A DNA stretch of 64,000 nucleotides from Octopus sinensis (GCF_006345805.1 NC_043004.1:86428001-86492000); one strand, 5' to 3'. Numbered from the stretch's first letter, positions 39,937 to 52,551 are shown. Numbers and translations are program-made. Notes: a model not told the origin generated them from the sequence alone.

Positions 39937-41860
39937 ACTCTGACAACGCTCTTTTAGAAACTCTGCCAGATCAGATTGGAGCCTGGTGCAGCCATCTGGT
40001 TCGCCAGACCTCAGTCAAATCGTCCAACCCATGCTAGCATGGAAAGCGGACGTTAAACGATGATGATGATATATATATATATATATGTACACATAACAGG
40101 CTTCTTTCAGTTTCCATCTGACAAATCCACTCTCAAGGAAGACACTTGCTCAAAATGCCATGCAATGGGACTGAACCCAGAACCATGTAGTTGGAGGTTC
40201 AGTCCCACTGTGTGGCACCTTGGGCTGAAACATATAAATATATATATAGGCAGGCAGGCAGGTATGCATGTAAAACACCTACTCATATTTTAAAGCATAA
40301 ACATATTGCATTGTAGCAACCAGTTATTAGTATTGCTATACCTAAGCAAATCATAAAATACTTGGATATGCAGAGAATAATTACGAATTCATAAAAATAC
40401 ACAAGTATGGAAATTTTATATATTCATTTATGTATTTATTTATTGTGCCCAGAGCAGAAAGTCTCTGGTTTTCCTAACAGTGGGTAACTAGATGAATGTG
40501 TCCTTGCATGTGTACATGATTATGTTTGCGTGTGTTTATTTGCCTGTGTAGTTGCATATGTATGTGTGTATACTTGATTATATATTTATGACCAGCTGTA
40601 TGACCATCATTGTCATCATCACCATCATACTCATACAACCTGCTTTCGATGCTGGTGTGGAGTGGATGGGCATCACAGACCAATGCAGATCTTATCCAGG
40701 TCAGAGAACTGCATCTCGCTTGTCTGTTTTATTTTGTGTGGTTTCTATGTCTGGATGACTTTGTAACACCAACGATTTCATTGAGTCTGCTGTGGGTGCA
40801 TTTTATTACAGCACCACCATGAGAGGTGTTGCCTTGTCCGCTGCAAAGCCAAAGAGTCCTCACTTCTCTGCTTAACCTCTGTTCACTCTAGACACATGCA
40901 TGTATATACACACACATTTTATGACACAGGCATATATGCAACAATCGTAGAGAAACATACACACTCTCACAGCTACATGCATTTATGCTAGTAAATATTC
41001 AGAGACGTAACATAGCTATTAATTACTTGTTACTGATTAACCAAGTTGTCAATGACAAGGGTCTTTTTCTCTTTTTCTTTTCTTTTTTTTTTCTTTTTTT
41101 TTTCCATAATGGCTAGGTAAATAAATAATGTACAAGCAATTGTTTTGCAAGCGTAATAATTCAAGCCCAATCATATTTTCTGACATTTATCCTTGTTTTA
41201 CTTCAAAAGCTATCAACCACCACCACCACCCTTCCTCGCTCTCCTTCTCTCTCTTTCTCTCCTCCCTCTTCTCTCTCTTCTCAGCTGTTGCTGTTTTTGT
41301 TTTCACTATTGGTGCTGCTGCAGTTTGTCTGTTGTTGTTTCACCTAAGTATATTATATTTCCATTATTTACTAAGTCAGTCAGGAGCTTTCCAAATGTCG
41401 ACAACTTATTGTTGCCAGCTTGTGTTCAGGCATTGATGTCATCAGAAACAACAGCACAACAAAAATGGGAAACAGACTTTGGGGTGCGGAGGTTGTCGTG
41501 ACATAATAAAATGTGTTGTGATGGTAGTGGTGGTGGTGGTGGTGGTATGATATTATCAATTCTTGTTCCGTTTGCTGTTAGCAAAGTATGGGTAATGGCA
41601 AGGAGGTCTCTGCACTGTATTCATTATTCATCCTTTTTCCATCCACTTTGAAAAGTTATATACATACATATATATACACACACACATGATATTATTCAAT
41701 TATTTCAGCCAATTAATGGACTGTTGTTATATTTTTGCTTTTTTATTTTTTCATTAAATGACAACTATTATATATATACATCATATATAATTTATATATT
41801 TACGTGGGTGTATATGTTTGAACGTTTGTGGGGGGTCAGCCTTTGACTTTTTCTGTCCAG

Positions 41861-41914
41861 AGTGCTTTTACAAATATGCAAATAAATATTCAGATAAATG
41901 GAAATATTGTTGTG
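41861..41914 (+). other. Exon-like 54-nt segment on the plus strand
   Basis: gactttttctgtccag| ... |gtgagg; two frames open (SAFTNMQINIQINGNIVV or CFYKYANKYSDKWKYCC). Confidence 0.3.
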
Positions 41915-43375
41915 GTGAGGTTGAAAAAACGATATTCGATTTTATTTAATATCATCTTTATCATTATCATGAGTATTATTATGATTAATACCATTGTCAT
42001 TTAAGGTCAAATTTACTTTTCACTCTTCAAGTGCCAATAAAATAATGTACCAGGGAAATACTGTGGTCCTCTCATCTGGTGGTGATAGTGTCAATTATCA
42101 TCATCATTTAGCATTTGTTTTCCAAGTTGGCATGGGTTAGGCAGTTTGACTGGAACTGGTAAGCTGAAGATTTGGCTTGGTTTCTATGGCTGGATGACCT
42201 TCCTAATGCCAACCACTCCAAGAGTTTAGTGGGTGCCTTCTATGTGTCACTGGCTCGGGCGTTTTTACATATCACTGGTATGCATACTTTTGCATATCAC
42301 CAATGGAATTGGTTACGTGTCACTGGCACTAGCTGTAACTTTGATTTCACTTGGTTTGACAAGTCTTCTCAAGCACATAAAGCATCACATTTGTGATATT
42401 TGTTCTGGATCTTTATAATCCAAGTTCAAATCTTTCCAAGATCAGCTTTGCCTTTCATCGATTTTGAATTGGTAAAATAAACAAATACCTCTCAAATAAC
42501 CAGGTCCATTTAATCAACTAACTCCTTCCTCCAAATTTCAGGCCTAATGCTTATATTACAAACTATTATTATTCTTTTCTAATCTAGGCACAAGGCACAA
42601 AATTTTGGAGGAGGTGGGGCCAGTCAATTAGATCGACTCCAGTATGCAACTGGTACTTAATTTGTTGACTCTGAAAAGATGAACGGCAAAGTCAACCTCA
42701 GCAGGATTTTAACTCAGAACGTTAAAACAGACGAAATATCACTAAGCATTTCGCCCTGCGTGCTAAAGTTTCTGCCAGCTTGCCGCCTTACAAACTGTTA
42801 TTATTATGTCATCAACAGTTTTATGCAAGCTTCTACTGCGCCTCCTGGTACAGCTTCTTATTCCTGAGGCATGCAGTTTCATCTTTTAAGGGTTGTGGAA
42901 TTATATTAGTTGACTGCAGTTGTTTTGCGTTTGTTGTGATATTTGTTTTGTTGCCAGTGTTTTAGTGTTTGTCTTTGTATCTGTACATAGAATGCGCATT
43001 TTGCTGTTATGTTGGGTGATAGCTGTGTTGAGCAATGTGTCCCTGAGTGGATTTTGTGAAAGAATACTTGTTTCTCTGAGATAAGATATCATCATCATCA
43101 GCATCATCATCGTCGTTTAATGTCTACTTTCCATGCTAGCATGGGTTGGACAATTTGACTGAGGGCTGGCAAGCCAGATGGCTGCTCCAGGCTTCAATCT
43201 TGATCTGGCAGAGATTCTACAGCTGGATGCCCTTCCTAATGCCAACAACTCCGAGAGTTAATTAAATTTAATTATTTATTTATATATAAAAAAAAGTCAT
43301 CTTCAAAACAATACGTTATTGTTTTATATATACATATGCACACACATAAGTATAAATTACTTTAGTGAAGTTTCA

Positions 43376-43420
<45 letters not shown>

Positions 43421-45561
43421 GCACACACATACCTTTTAATCCCAACACATTTTTTCTCTCTCTTCATTTGTTTCCTCTCATCCCTTTCAAAACATCAAAA
43501 ACTTTTCCATTCTTCCTGAGCATAAAACTAATACACCTGCTTGTTGTTCCCTCGCTTGTTTTTGTCTTTTGTTTTCTGTACATTTAAACTGTGTATGTTT
43601 GTCTGTGTAAAGGTGAGATCCAAGGATCAAGGTGCAGGAAGTTAGTGAGCTTCAAGCAATCTAAAAAAGATATAAAAAATCAACCTTATACACACACACA
43701 CACATGTAGGCACAGGAATGGCTGTGTGGTAAGAAACGTGCTTCTCAACCATATGATTCTGGGTTCAGTCCCACTGTGTAGCACCTTATGAGTGGATTTG
43801 GTAGATGGAAACTGAAAGAAGCCTATCATATATATATATATATTTGTGTGTGTGTTTGTCACTTATATATATATATATTTGTGTGTGTGTTGTCACTTGA
43901 CAACCAATGTTGATGTGTTTACATCCCCGTAACTTAGCGGTTCAGCAAAAGAGGCCGATAGAATAAGTACCACACTTACAAATAATAAGTCCTGGGGTCG
44001 ATTTCTTTGACTAAAAAGGCGGTGCTTCAGCATGGCCACAGTCAAGTGACTGAAACAAGGAAAGGAGAATACATATGTATGCATGAAGTGTGATACCTAG
44101 TGGTTAGGGTGTTGCACCCACAATCCCTAAATCATGGATTTTGATTCCCAGATTGGGCAGCATGTTGCATTCTTGAACAAAGCACTCCATCTCACTTTGC
44201 TCTGCGATCATTCCGACATATCACATGTGGCACACTTGTGCACCTGTAAAGGTAATGTCAATTTGATGTAGGTATTGAGCTGTTGTACAGTACCTACATT
44301 TAGATCATTCAGCAAAAACTGAACACTCATTATTTGTCATGAACAGGAGATTCCATCAACATCATCATAATCGTCCATTTTCCATGCTGGAATGGACGGT
44401 TTGACATGAAGCTGGCCAGCTGGGAGCTGTCTAGACTCCAATTGTCTGTTGTGGCATGGTTTCTATGGCTGGATGCCCTTCCTAACACCAACCAGTTGAC
44501 AGTGTGCTTGGATGCCTTTTACGTGGCACCAGCATGGGCGTGCTTATGCTGCACCAACATAGGTGCTTTTTATGTGGCACTGTCCCCTGAAAGGACAAGC
44601 TTGTATGAGTGGAAAACAACAGTTTTACTTAGTTTGACATGTCTTCTCAAATCATCTGCCAATCCCTTGTTATTTCCTCAGTCAGGCCCCGCATCCAAAG
44701 ATCCTTTCATATATATATATATAAATATATATAAATGAATGTGTCTACTGTAAAACAGTATTGGTTTCATTTAATGTCATTTCAAAATGAGAGTGGTGAG
44801 GAGTGTCTGTAAAATGCTGTATGAGTTCCACAATTTTGGGGAAAATTGTATAAAAGTTCCATGTGGTAAGTAGCTTGCTTACCAACCACATGGTTCTGGG
44901 TTCATTCTCACTGCTTGGCACCTTGGGCTAGTGTCTTCTACTATAACCTCGGGTCGATCAAGGCCTTGTGAGTGGATTTAGTAGACAGAAACTGAAAGAA
45001 GCCTGTCCTATATATGTATATATATATATGTATATATATATATGTATGTGTGTGTATATGTTTGTGTGTCTGTTTGACCCCCAACATCGCTTTACAACTG
45101 ATGGTGGTGTATTTACTTCCCATTAACTTAGCTGTTCAGCAAAAGAGACCGATAGAATAAGTACTAGGCTTCCAAAGAATAAGTCCTGGGGTCGATTTGC
45201 TCGACTTAAGGCGGTGCTCCAGCATAGCTGCAGTCAAATGACTGAAACAAATAAAAGAGTAAAAAGAGAGTAAGAGTAACAAAATAGGTTTAGGAACCAC
45301 CGGTGTAACGTTTTTGTTGTATAGGTTGTTACATTATTGGGTTACAATTTTATGAGTTAACCTGGTATGGCTTTTATGATTTTGTTCATATTTTTTATCA
45401 TACTTTGTGCTCCAAATTATCCTCATCATCATAAATCTTCATTATCATTTTGTCTTCAATAATGTCATAGTACAACCTGGTCTGCTTCTTTCTGAAGTCT
45501 GTTTGTTTCTTGCATCATTTTAGTGTTGCTCCTGTTTATTGTGAAAGCTTTTATCATATTT

Positions 45562-45761
45562 ATTTCTTTATTGCCCACAGGGGGCTAAACATAGAGGGGA
45601 CAAACAACCCCAGTGTGTAACTGGTACTTATTTAATCGACCCCCAAAAGGATGAAAGGCAAAGTCAACCTCTGCAGAATTTGAACTCAAAATGTAATGGC
45701 AGACAAAATACCGCTAAGCATTTCGCTCGGCATGCTAACGATTCTGCCAGCTCACCACCTT
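45562..45761 (-). mobile_element. Family C SINE with a 17-bp target-site duplication
   Basis: aagcttttatcatattt at 45545-45561 and 45762-45778. Confidence 0.9.
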
Positions 45762-46059
45762 AAGCTTTTATCATATTTGGAGGTAATTACATAATTACAT
45801 AGAATATATACTGTGAAAGTTGTGTATTGCTCGGTTGAGCAATACATAACTTTCTTTTATTCTAGATTATGCATTATGCCTCATAGGCTATCTTCTAAAT
45901 TGTGTTAAGTACTGAGACCTATTACATTTTTGTACATGCTTTTTTTTTCTTTTCATTAATAGAGCAAATGCTCTATTTCTTATTGTAGTGGAATTGTGTC
46001 AATGATTAGTCACCCAAATGTTAATAAATTTTTAAAAAATAAACCAAAAGTAAACTTAC

Positions 46060-46140
46060 CTGTCTGTAAAAGCCTAAGCTTTCTGTTTCTATGATACAAA
46101 CATCCTGTTTAAAATTTTGACTTATGCCCCAAATACCAGC
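46060..46140 (-). CDS. Probable internal exon of gene 2 (AGIWGISQNFKQDVCIIETESLGFYRQ)
   Basis: Acceptor ctgtcattcattag|, perfect donor CAG|gtaagt, 81 nt, only the phase-0 frame is open. Confidence 0.55.
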
Positions 46141-46254
46141 CTAATGAATGACAGATTATCCTTTTGTGAAAGGATAATTTGTTATTGTCATTTACTAAAT
46201 CCTTCATTATTTTTGGAATTAATTGAAACAAAGTCAGTAACAGATATGTGGTTT

Positions 46255-46698
46255 TCTACTCTAGGCACAAGGCCCGAAATTTTGGGGGAAGGAGCCAGTT
46301 GATTTGATCGGTCCCTGTACACAACTGGGACTTAATTTATCGACCCCAAAAGGATGAAAGGCAAAGTCGACTTTGGAATTTGAACTCATGACGTAAAGAC
46401 AGACGAAATACCACTAAGTATTTCGCCTGGCATGCTAACGTTTCTTAGTTCTTTATTGCCCACAAGGGGCTAAACATAGAGGGGACAAAGAAGGACAGAC
46501 AAAGGGATTAAGACGATTACATCGATCCAGTACGTAACTGGTACTTATTTAATCAACCCCGAAAGGATGAAAGGCAAAGTCGACCTCGGCGGAATTTGAA
46601 CTCAGAACATAGCGGCAGATGAAATACCACTAAGCATTTCGCCCAGCTTGCCGCCTTAGATATACGGTTAATAAAAGGGTTAAATGACTAAAATATCT
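46255..46698 (-). mobile_element. Tandem dimer of family C SINE monomers
   Basis: Monomer with the gtttagccccttgtggg tail followed by a monomer with the gggccttgtgcctag tail; same order as 53682-54049. Confidence 0.85.
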
Positions 46699-48721
46699 CT
46701 TCCATTGTACAATTACTTCAGTTTCAATGCACAATCTCAGATCAAACCATGTACCTGACAACTACAGCTCGGTACTTTTTGGTTATCTCGCCCCAAATTT
46801 TTTAATGGGGGTGGGATAACCAAAAAGTACAGCTCTATTACTGTTTCACTGGTACTTATTTCGTTGACCCTGAAGAGATGAAAGGCAAATTTCTGCTGAG
46901 GTCAGCTTTGCCTTTCATCATTTTGGAGCCGATAAAATAAGTACCAGTTGAACACTGGGGTCAGTGTAATCGACTTACCCCCTCCCTTGAAATTGCTAAT
47001 CTTGTGCCAAAATTGGAAATTATTATCATTATTATTATTATTATTATTATTAAGGTAGTGGGCTTAATATGCTGGGGAAAATGCTTAGTGACATTTCATC
47101 TGTCTTCACGTTCTGAGTTCCGCTGAGATTGACTTTGCCTTTCATCCTTTCATGATCGATAAATTAAGTACCAGTTGAACACTGGGGGTCGATGTAATCA
47201 ACTTAAACCCTCCTCCGGAATTGGGTGCCCTTGTACCAAAATATTAAATTATTATTGTAGATAACATTTTTTTCTCTCTTACTTCTTTTCTTATTTCTAT
47301 GTCAAGCCCCTTCTTGTTTGATAGCATTTTGACTCTATCATTATTCTCATTGTAAGCAACGCATCAGTAATATTAGTTGTAATGATTATTTCGTCTTTTA
47401 CTCGGGCAGAATATCTAGGACTACTAATGTACTCTTACTTCGAGTTTTTTTTTTTTTTTTTTTTTTTCACGGAGGAGTAAAGAATACGCACACCACCCGT
47501 TTTCGGCGTAACCCTAAACACCGGGTATGCGTATTCTTTCCCTTCGCCGTTTTTCTTTAAAAAAAAAAAAAACATTAGGATGTGATTTGACTTTCATTTC
47601 AGCCTGGTCGAACGACTACATAAGACCTTCAAGTACATTAGAAAACCAGAATTACATTATCCTACATAATATTTTAAGACATTAAAAAAAATGATTTAAG
47701 GTAGTTTTAGTTGCTATTTCTAGCAAGTTCAACAACGTCGACTTCACATTTTTTTTTCCATATTGTAAAGTAAATGGAGGACAAGGGAAGCAACTCGTAA
47801 TTAATCACAAATCTGTGTCTTCCCTTTATTCTGTTCTCTTTTTCTTTTATTGAAACTTGTAACTTAAGTGGAGAGTAAACGTTATGAGATTTCCTCGATT
47901 AATTGAGAAGCATCGTGTGGAATTATGTGAGAAAACGTTTGTAGTTGTTGTGGGAAGTGAGAGAGGGGACACTTAGGTTTCTCAGTTCAAAACTCGACTG
48001 GGAGTGACTTCGCCTTTTCACCCTTTTACTTGTTTCAGTTATGACTGAGGCCTCCGCCTTGAAGGGTTTTAGTCGAACAGATTGACCCATTATATATTTT
48101 TAAGCTTAGTATCCTGTTTCTTTTTCCAGACCTCTGAAATAGGGGACATTAACAAACCGTCACCACTTGTCAGGTGGGGGACGGGACGCACACACACATA
48201 TGTGTATATATGACAAGTTTCTTATAGTTTCCGTCTACCAAATCCACTCACAAGGGTTTGGTTGGTCTGTGGCTATAGTAGAAGATACTTTCCAAAGGTG
48301 CCACGCAGTGGGACTGAACTGGGAGCCATGCAGCTGAGAAGCAAACTTCTTACCAAACAGCCACGTTTGCACCTATTTATTAAAATTAATCAACTAACCC
48401 CCCCCCCTCCCGCTAAAAATGCTGGCTTTGTGCCAAAATTTGTAACAATTATTATTATTATTACTATTATTAAAGGCAGCAAGCTGGCAGAATCATTAGC
48501 ACGCCTGGCAAAATGCTTAGCAGTATTTCATCTACCACTACGTTCTGAGTTCAAATTCCGCTGAGATTGATGTAATCAACTAGTCCCCTCCCCCAAAATT
48601 TTAAGCCGTCCTTTGAGCAGCATTCAGGGTAGATTCAGCGGAGGGCATCTTTGAGGCCTCTGGGATCCATTTTCTATGTTTCTTTTTTTTTTTTTTGTTT
48701 TTTTTTTTTTTTTATTCTCAC

Positions 48722-48868
48722 ATTGAAAGTTTGCAACACTTTCACGGAGTTACATGTGCTTCCAAACTCACTGTAGTAATTAATTCGCTTCATTGTTTTA
48801 AACTTGAACCTCCATTCATTCTCAGCAAGTGAAATGTTGCTATCATAATTTTTCCATCGCTTCATCAT
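48722..48868 (-). CDS. Candidate first coding exon of gene 2 (MMKRWKNYDSNISLAENEWRFKFKTMKRINYYSEFGSTCNSVKVLQTFN)
   Basis: 49 open codons ending at donor AAT|gtgaga in phase 0. Upstream is tttttttcGG rather than a canonical CAG, so the exon start is uncertain. Confidence 0.4.
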
Positions 48869-49539
48869 TTCCGAAAAAAATATTAAAATGAGGTTGAGAT
48901 AAAATGAATAGGATCCATTTCATCTCAATCTCCTCTATCTTCTATTACAACTTTTTAGGGAGATACTGTAACTGGAACAGGAAATTTAGTCTTCCACCTA
49001 GACATAAGTATCATAAACCACAAAATATACATATCCACACTGCTACACATGAAACGTACCTATCATAACTCTTTATCTCAATTTGAATGTGTGTGAAGGT
49101 ATTTAGAATACCCAAACTTATTTCTGCAAATGTGCTAAGCACTGATGCTGATCATAGTTTAATCAATAAGTGTAGTAGCAAGGGAAACGCAGTAAAAAAG
49201 TGGGGGTCAGTGGGGCCCTAGTTAAGTGGCCTTCCCTGGGATTTCATGGTATGAAATTCATTGTTATTGCTCTGATTCGGTCGCCAGTGCCATATATTTA
49301 GTTTAAAATGAAGTAAAAATAGTGGGGTCAGTAGGGCCCTTAAAATAATAGACCCCCTTTGGACACTCTCTGGGATTAGGGAAACTGCTGATCTGAGTTT
49401 CGTTGTCTTTGCGCCAACATTCTAGAAGGAGTTAATGAACATAAAAACATAATGGACAGAGAAACATCACTCGAATTTATCAAAAGATTAAGTTGAAGAT
49501 GGAGAGCTGGCAGAATTGTTATCATGCCTGGCAAGATGC

Positions 49540-50690
49540 TTGGCAGAATTCCATGGACCATGCCTCTGCTCTCTCTGCTCACATCTGCGCCGCTGTTGCC
49601 TGTCTCCCATTTCCCCTCACCTACCACCCCTCTGCCCTTCCCCTCTAACACACCATCTCCAAGCCTTCCAGTGACTCTAGTCCAACCCCTCCACTTTGCA
49701 CATCTTCTCCAACCTACCCCTTCCCTCCTTCAAACAAGCCCACAACCTATGTGGCCTCCTGGTCCAGTTTCCTCCCTATTCCCACCTCCCAACCTGCCTC
49801 ACACCCCTCCTCCCACCCACACTGCTGCACTTGCCCCTACCTCTCCAACACCACCATACTCACAGGCACCCATCATTGCTCCTATCATATCACTGACTCC
49901 TTTATCTGCACTTCTAGCAACGTCATTTACTGCATCTCCTCTTTCTGTCCTTCAATGTACACCGATCAAATGGAACAACACTTGGCTGACCAGTTTACAG
50001 AACACATCCAAGACATTGGACTCGCCATTGACACCCTGGTCTCATGCCATTTCCGCTCTACCGGTCATTCATTACATCTGTCTGTGTTCATATTGTCTTT
50101 GCATTGGGGCCATCTAGACTCCTGCCTTTGCCATGAACAGGAATTAATCATCTCTCTTTGCCCCTTTGCACCACATGGGCTCAACTCCCCTCCCCTTTTC
50201 ATCTGACTCCCTTTCCTCTCTTCACCCCTACTCACCTTCTCCCTTTGTTGATACCCTCTCCATTCACCCCCACACCCCGACTACACACCACCCCACACCA
50301 CTGCACAAACTAGCACTGACCACTTCCCAGCACCCACACCATCATCCATACACCCACACATTACAGATGCACATACTTACACATCCACACATCAAAGTCA
50401 CCAGCTCCTATCCACATGCACTGTCGTTTGGGGATCACCAGTACTTTATTATCTCCCCTTCTTCCTAGCTCTCCTGTCTAACCACCTTTGTCCAACCAGT
50501 CACCATGATTGACTAACTCTACAAGTTTTTTTAATTCTCTCTCTGTTTATTTCCTCGTGTTCCTTTCTGTTGAATAGCATAAGCTCGAAACGTAAAAGAC
50601 TTTTTCACCTTCTCGATCGTCAAACTAATACACCTGCTTGTTGTTTATACACCTGTCTTCGTTTTTCTGTAAATTTCAACTATGTATATA
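49540..50690 (+). mobile_element. Penelope-like retroelement 3' part: GIY-YIG endonuclease remnant plus terminal repeat
   Basis: CCTCPY...FICTSSNVIYCISSFCPSMY...LADQFTEH...HF...HS...EQELI...PHGLN matches the PLE GIY-YIG pattern with its Cys/His motif; the terminal repeat at ~50530-50690 is shared with 20480-20640 and 43440-43590. Confidence 0.85.
50563..50598 (+). ncRNA. Minimal type-I hammerhead-ribozyme-like motif in the PLE terminal repeat
   Basis: cttt-CTGTTGA-a-TAGC ataa GCTC-GAA-ACGT-A-aaag: stem I cttt/aaag, palindromic stem III ACGU, GUA triplet; position 6 is U. Confidence 0.6.
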
Positions 50691-50913
50691 TATAGTTGCT
50701 ATTATGTTAAACTGTTGTGTCCAAATAGGTGAAATGCGCTTTTTTTTTTTTTTTTTTCAATATTTAATTTTGCTTGCAATAGCGGGTTCGTTTGCTCAAT
50801 TGCTTCAGATGCCAAGATATTGAACACTATCAAAGTTTTATACAATGGTTTTGCTGTAGAGTAGTGAAACTTTTTTGTTTTCTGAAAAAGTAACATTTGG
50901 GACTTACGACACT

Positions 50914-51000
50914 TTTGCATTATAGCAACAATATCATCATCATCATCGTTTAACGTCCGCTTTAAACGATGATGATTATGATGATATTGTTGCTATAATG

Positions 51001-51004
<4 letters not shown>
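50914..51004. repeat. Fold-back duplication centred on a family B tail stub
   Basis: tttgcattatagcaacaatatcatcatcatcatcgtttaa-cgtccgct-ttaaacgatgatgattatgatgatattgttgctataatgcaaa; arms identical except for a 3-nt indel. Confidence 0.95.
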
Positions 51005-51076
<72 letters not shown>

Positions 51077-52551
51077 CACACACACTCACAACAGGCTTCT
51101 TTAAGTTACCTTCTACCAAATCCACTCACAAGGCTTTGGGTAGCCCAAGGTCATAGTAGAAGACACTTACCCAAGGTGCCACACAGTGAGACTGAACCTG
51201 AAACCATGTGGTTGGGAAGCAAGCTACTTACCATAAAGCCACACAAGCACCTATTCGGGATAAATGATCCAGTTAGCCTTACCTTTACACTATAGAATAA
51301 TTTGGGCTTTGTGGGTACACAAAGGGATTTTTTTTTTTTTTTACTAGCATAATAAGTGGTGCTTCTTCACTGGATGAGAATGAGGTTATGACAAAAGCTA
51401 ATATTTATTTATTTAGCATAAATCAATGAATTTATGCTGTTCAGCAGCTGCCAGGGAACCAATAAATGACAACATGTGTTTATTGTTGCTTGGACTCTGC
51501 TATGTGACAGCCATAGTGACAAGTCTGACACATACAAGCCAAGGGCACTATTATGTGGTTGTTCGTTCTGCTAGAAATAATAGCCTCACTCTGCAACCAC
51601 ATGGCTTTGAGTTTACTCCCACTGTGCAGCACCTTGGATATGTGTGTTCTCCTATAGCCTTCAGCCAACCAATGCCTTGTGAGTGAATTTTGCAGACAGA
51701 AGCCTGCAGTTTGTGTGTGTGTCTGTCTTTCTGTCTGTTTGCCACCTTCTCCCCTCTCTTGTCAATCAATATTGGTTTGTTTACTTCCCTGTGTCTTGGT
51801 AGTTCAGCAAGAGAGACTGCTAGAATAGGTACCAAAATTTAAATAAAACAAATACTAGAGGCAATTTGTTCAACTAAAACCCTTCAAGGTGTTGCCCCAG
51901 CATCTCTGTTAGGTTGTGTAGCCTTGCAGAAGCTTGTCTGTTGGTCCTTCTTGTAGCTTGTTATGATTTAAATGACAGAGTTCTATAACATAAGACAGAG
52001 TCTTCGTTGCAATTCTAAAATATATTTTTTATAAACAAGTGACATATTCTTAATTTTAAAACAAAAACATTCTGTCATTGAGTGCTCTGCTGTTATTTGA
52101 TGGTCTTCCTTTTGTTGACTATACTACATTCTGTACCTCTGTGAGTGTGGTGACATTCATGGGTCATTGTATGGGAATTCCTGTACTTATGTGCTGTACA
52201 CAGGGAGGGACAGGGCAGGCTGCGAGATCCCTACCCACCCAATTTTATTATTGCCACTGTCACATTACTGAAGACATTTTTTCATTTTCGTTTTAGCTAT
52301 ATTTGTGGTAGTAATGTTTGTCAATTACCTCTCCCTTCACCCCCACCACTCCTCTAGTTTTCTTTTAAGTTTTACTTAATCTATATATTGTGAGAATAGG
52401 TGCAGGTATGGCTGTGTGATTAAGAGGTTTGCTTCACAACCTCATGGTTTGGGATTTAGTGCCTCTGCAAGGCACCCCAGTCTTTTACTATAGTCCTGCT
52501 AACTAAAGCCTTATGAATGGATTTAGTAAATAGAAACTAAAACAAGTCCTA

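Noticed and set aside
41128-41620. ORFs over the (CAC)n/(CT)n/(GGT)n-rich segment
   Set aside because: Low-complexity sequence; no consistent spliceable coding frame.
47499-47507. taaccctaa as a telomerase RNA template
   Set aside because: It sits in a ~27-nt hairpin loop with no room for a pseudoknot, and I saw no CR4/5 or H/ACA features; a 9-mer match is expected by chance.
48722-48910. Resemblance of YLNLILI..MM..EWRF..YY.E.GST..FN to a TRP channel S6/TRP box
   Set aside because: Spacing is off by about 6 residues, and no other channel exons were found.
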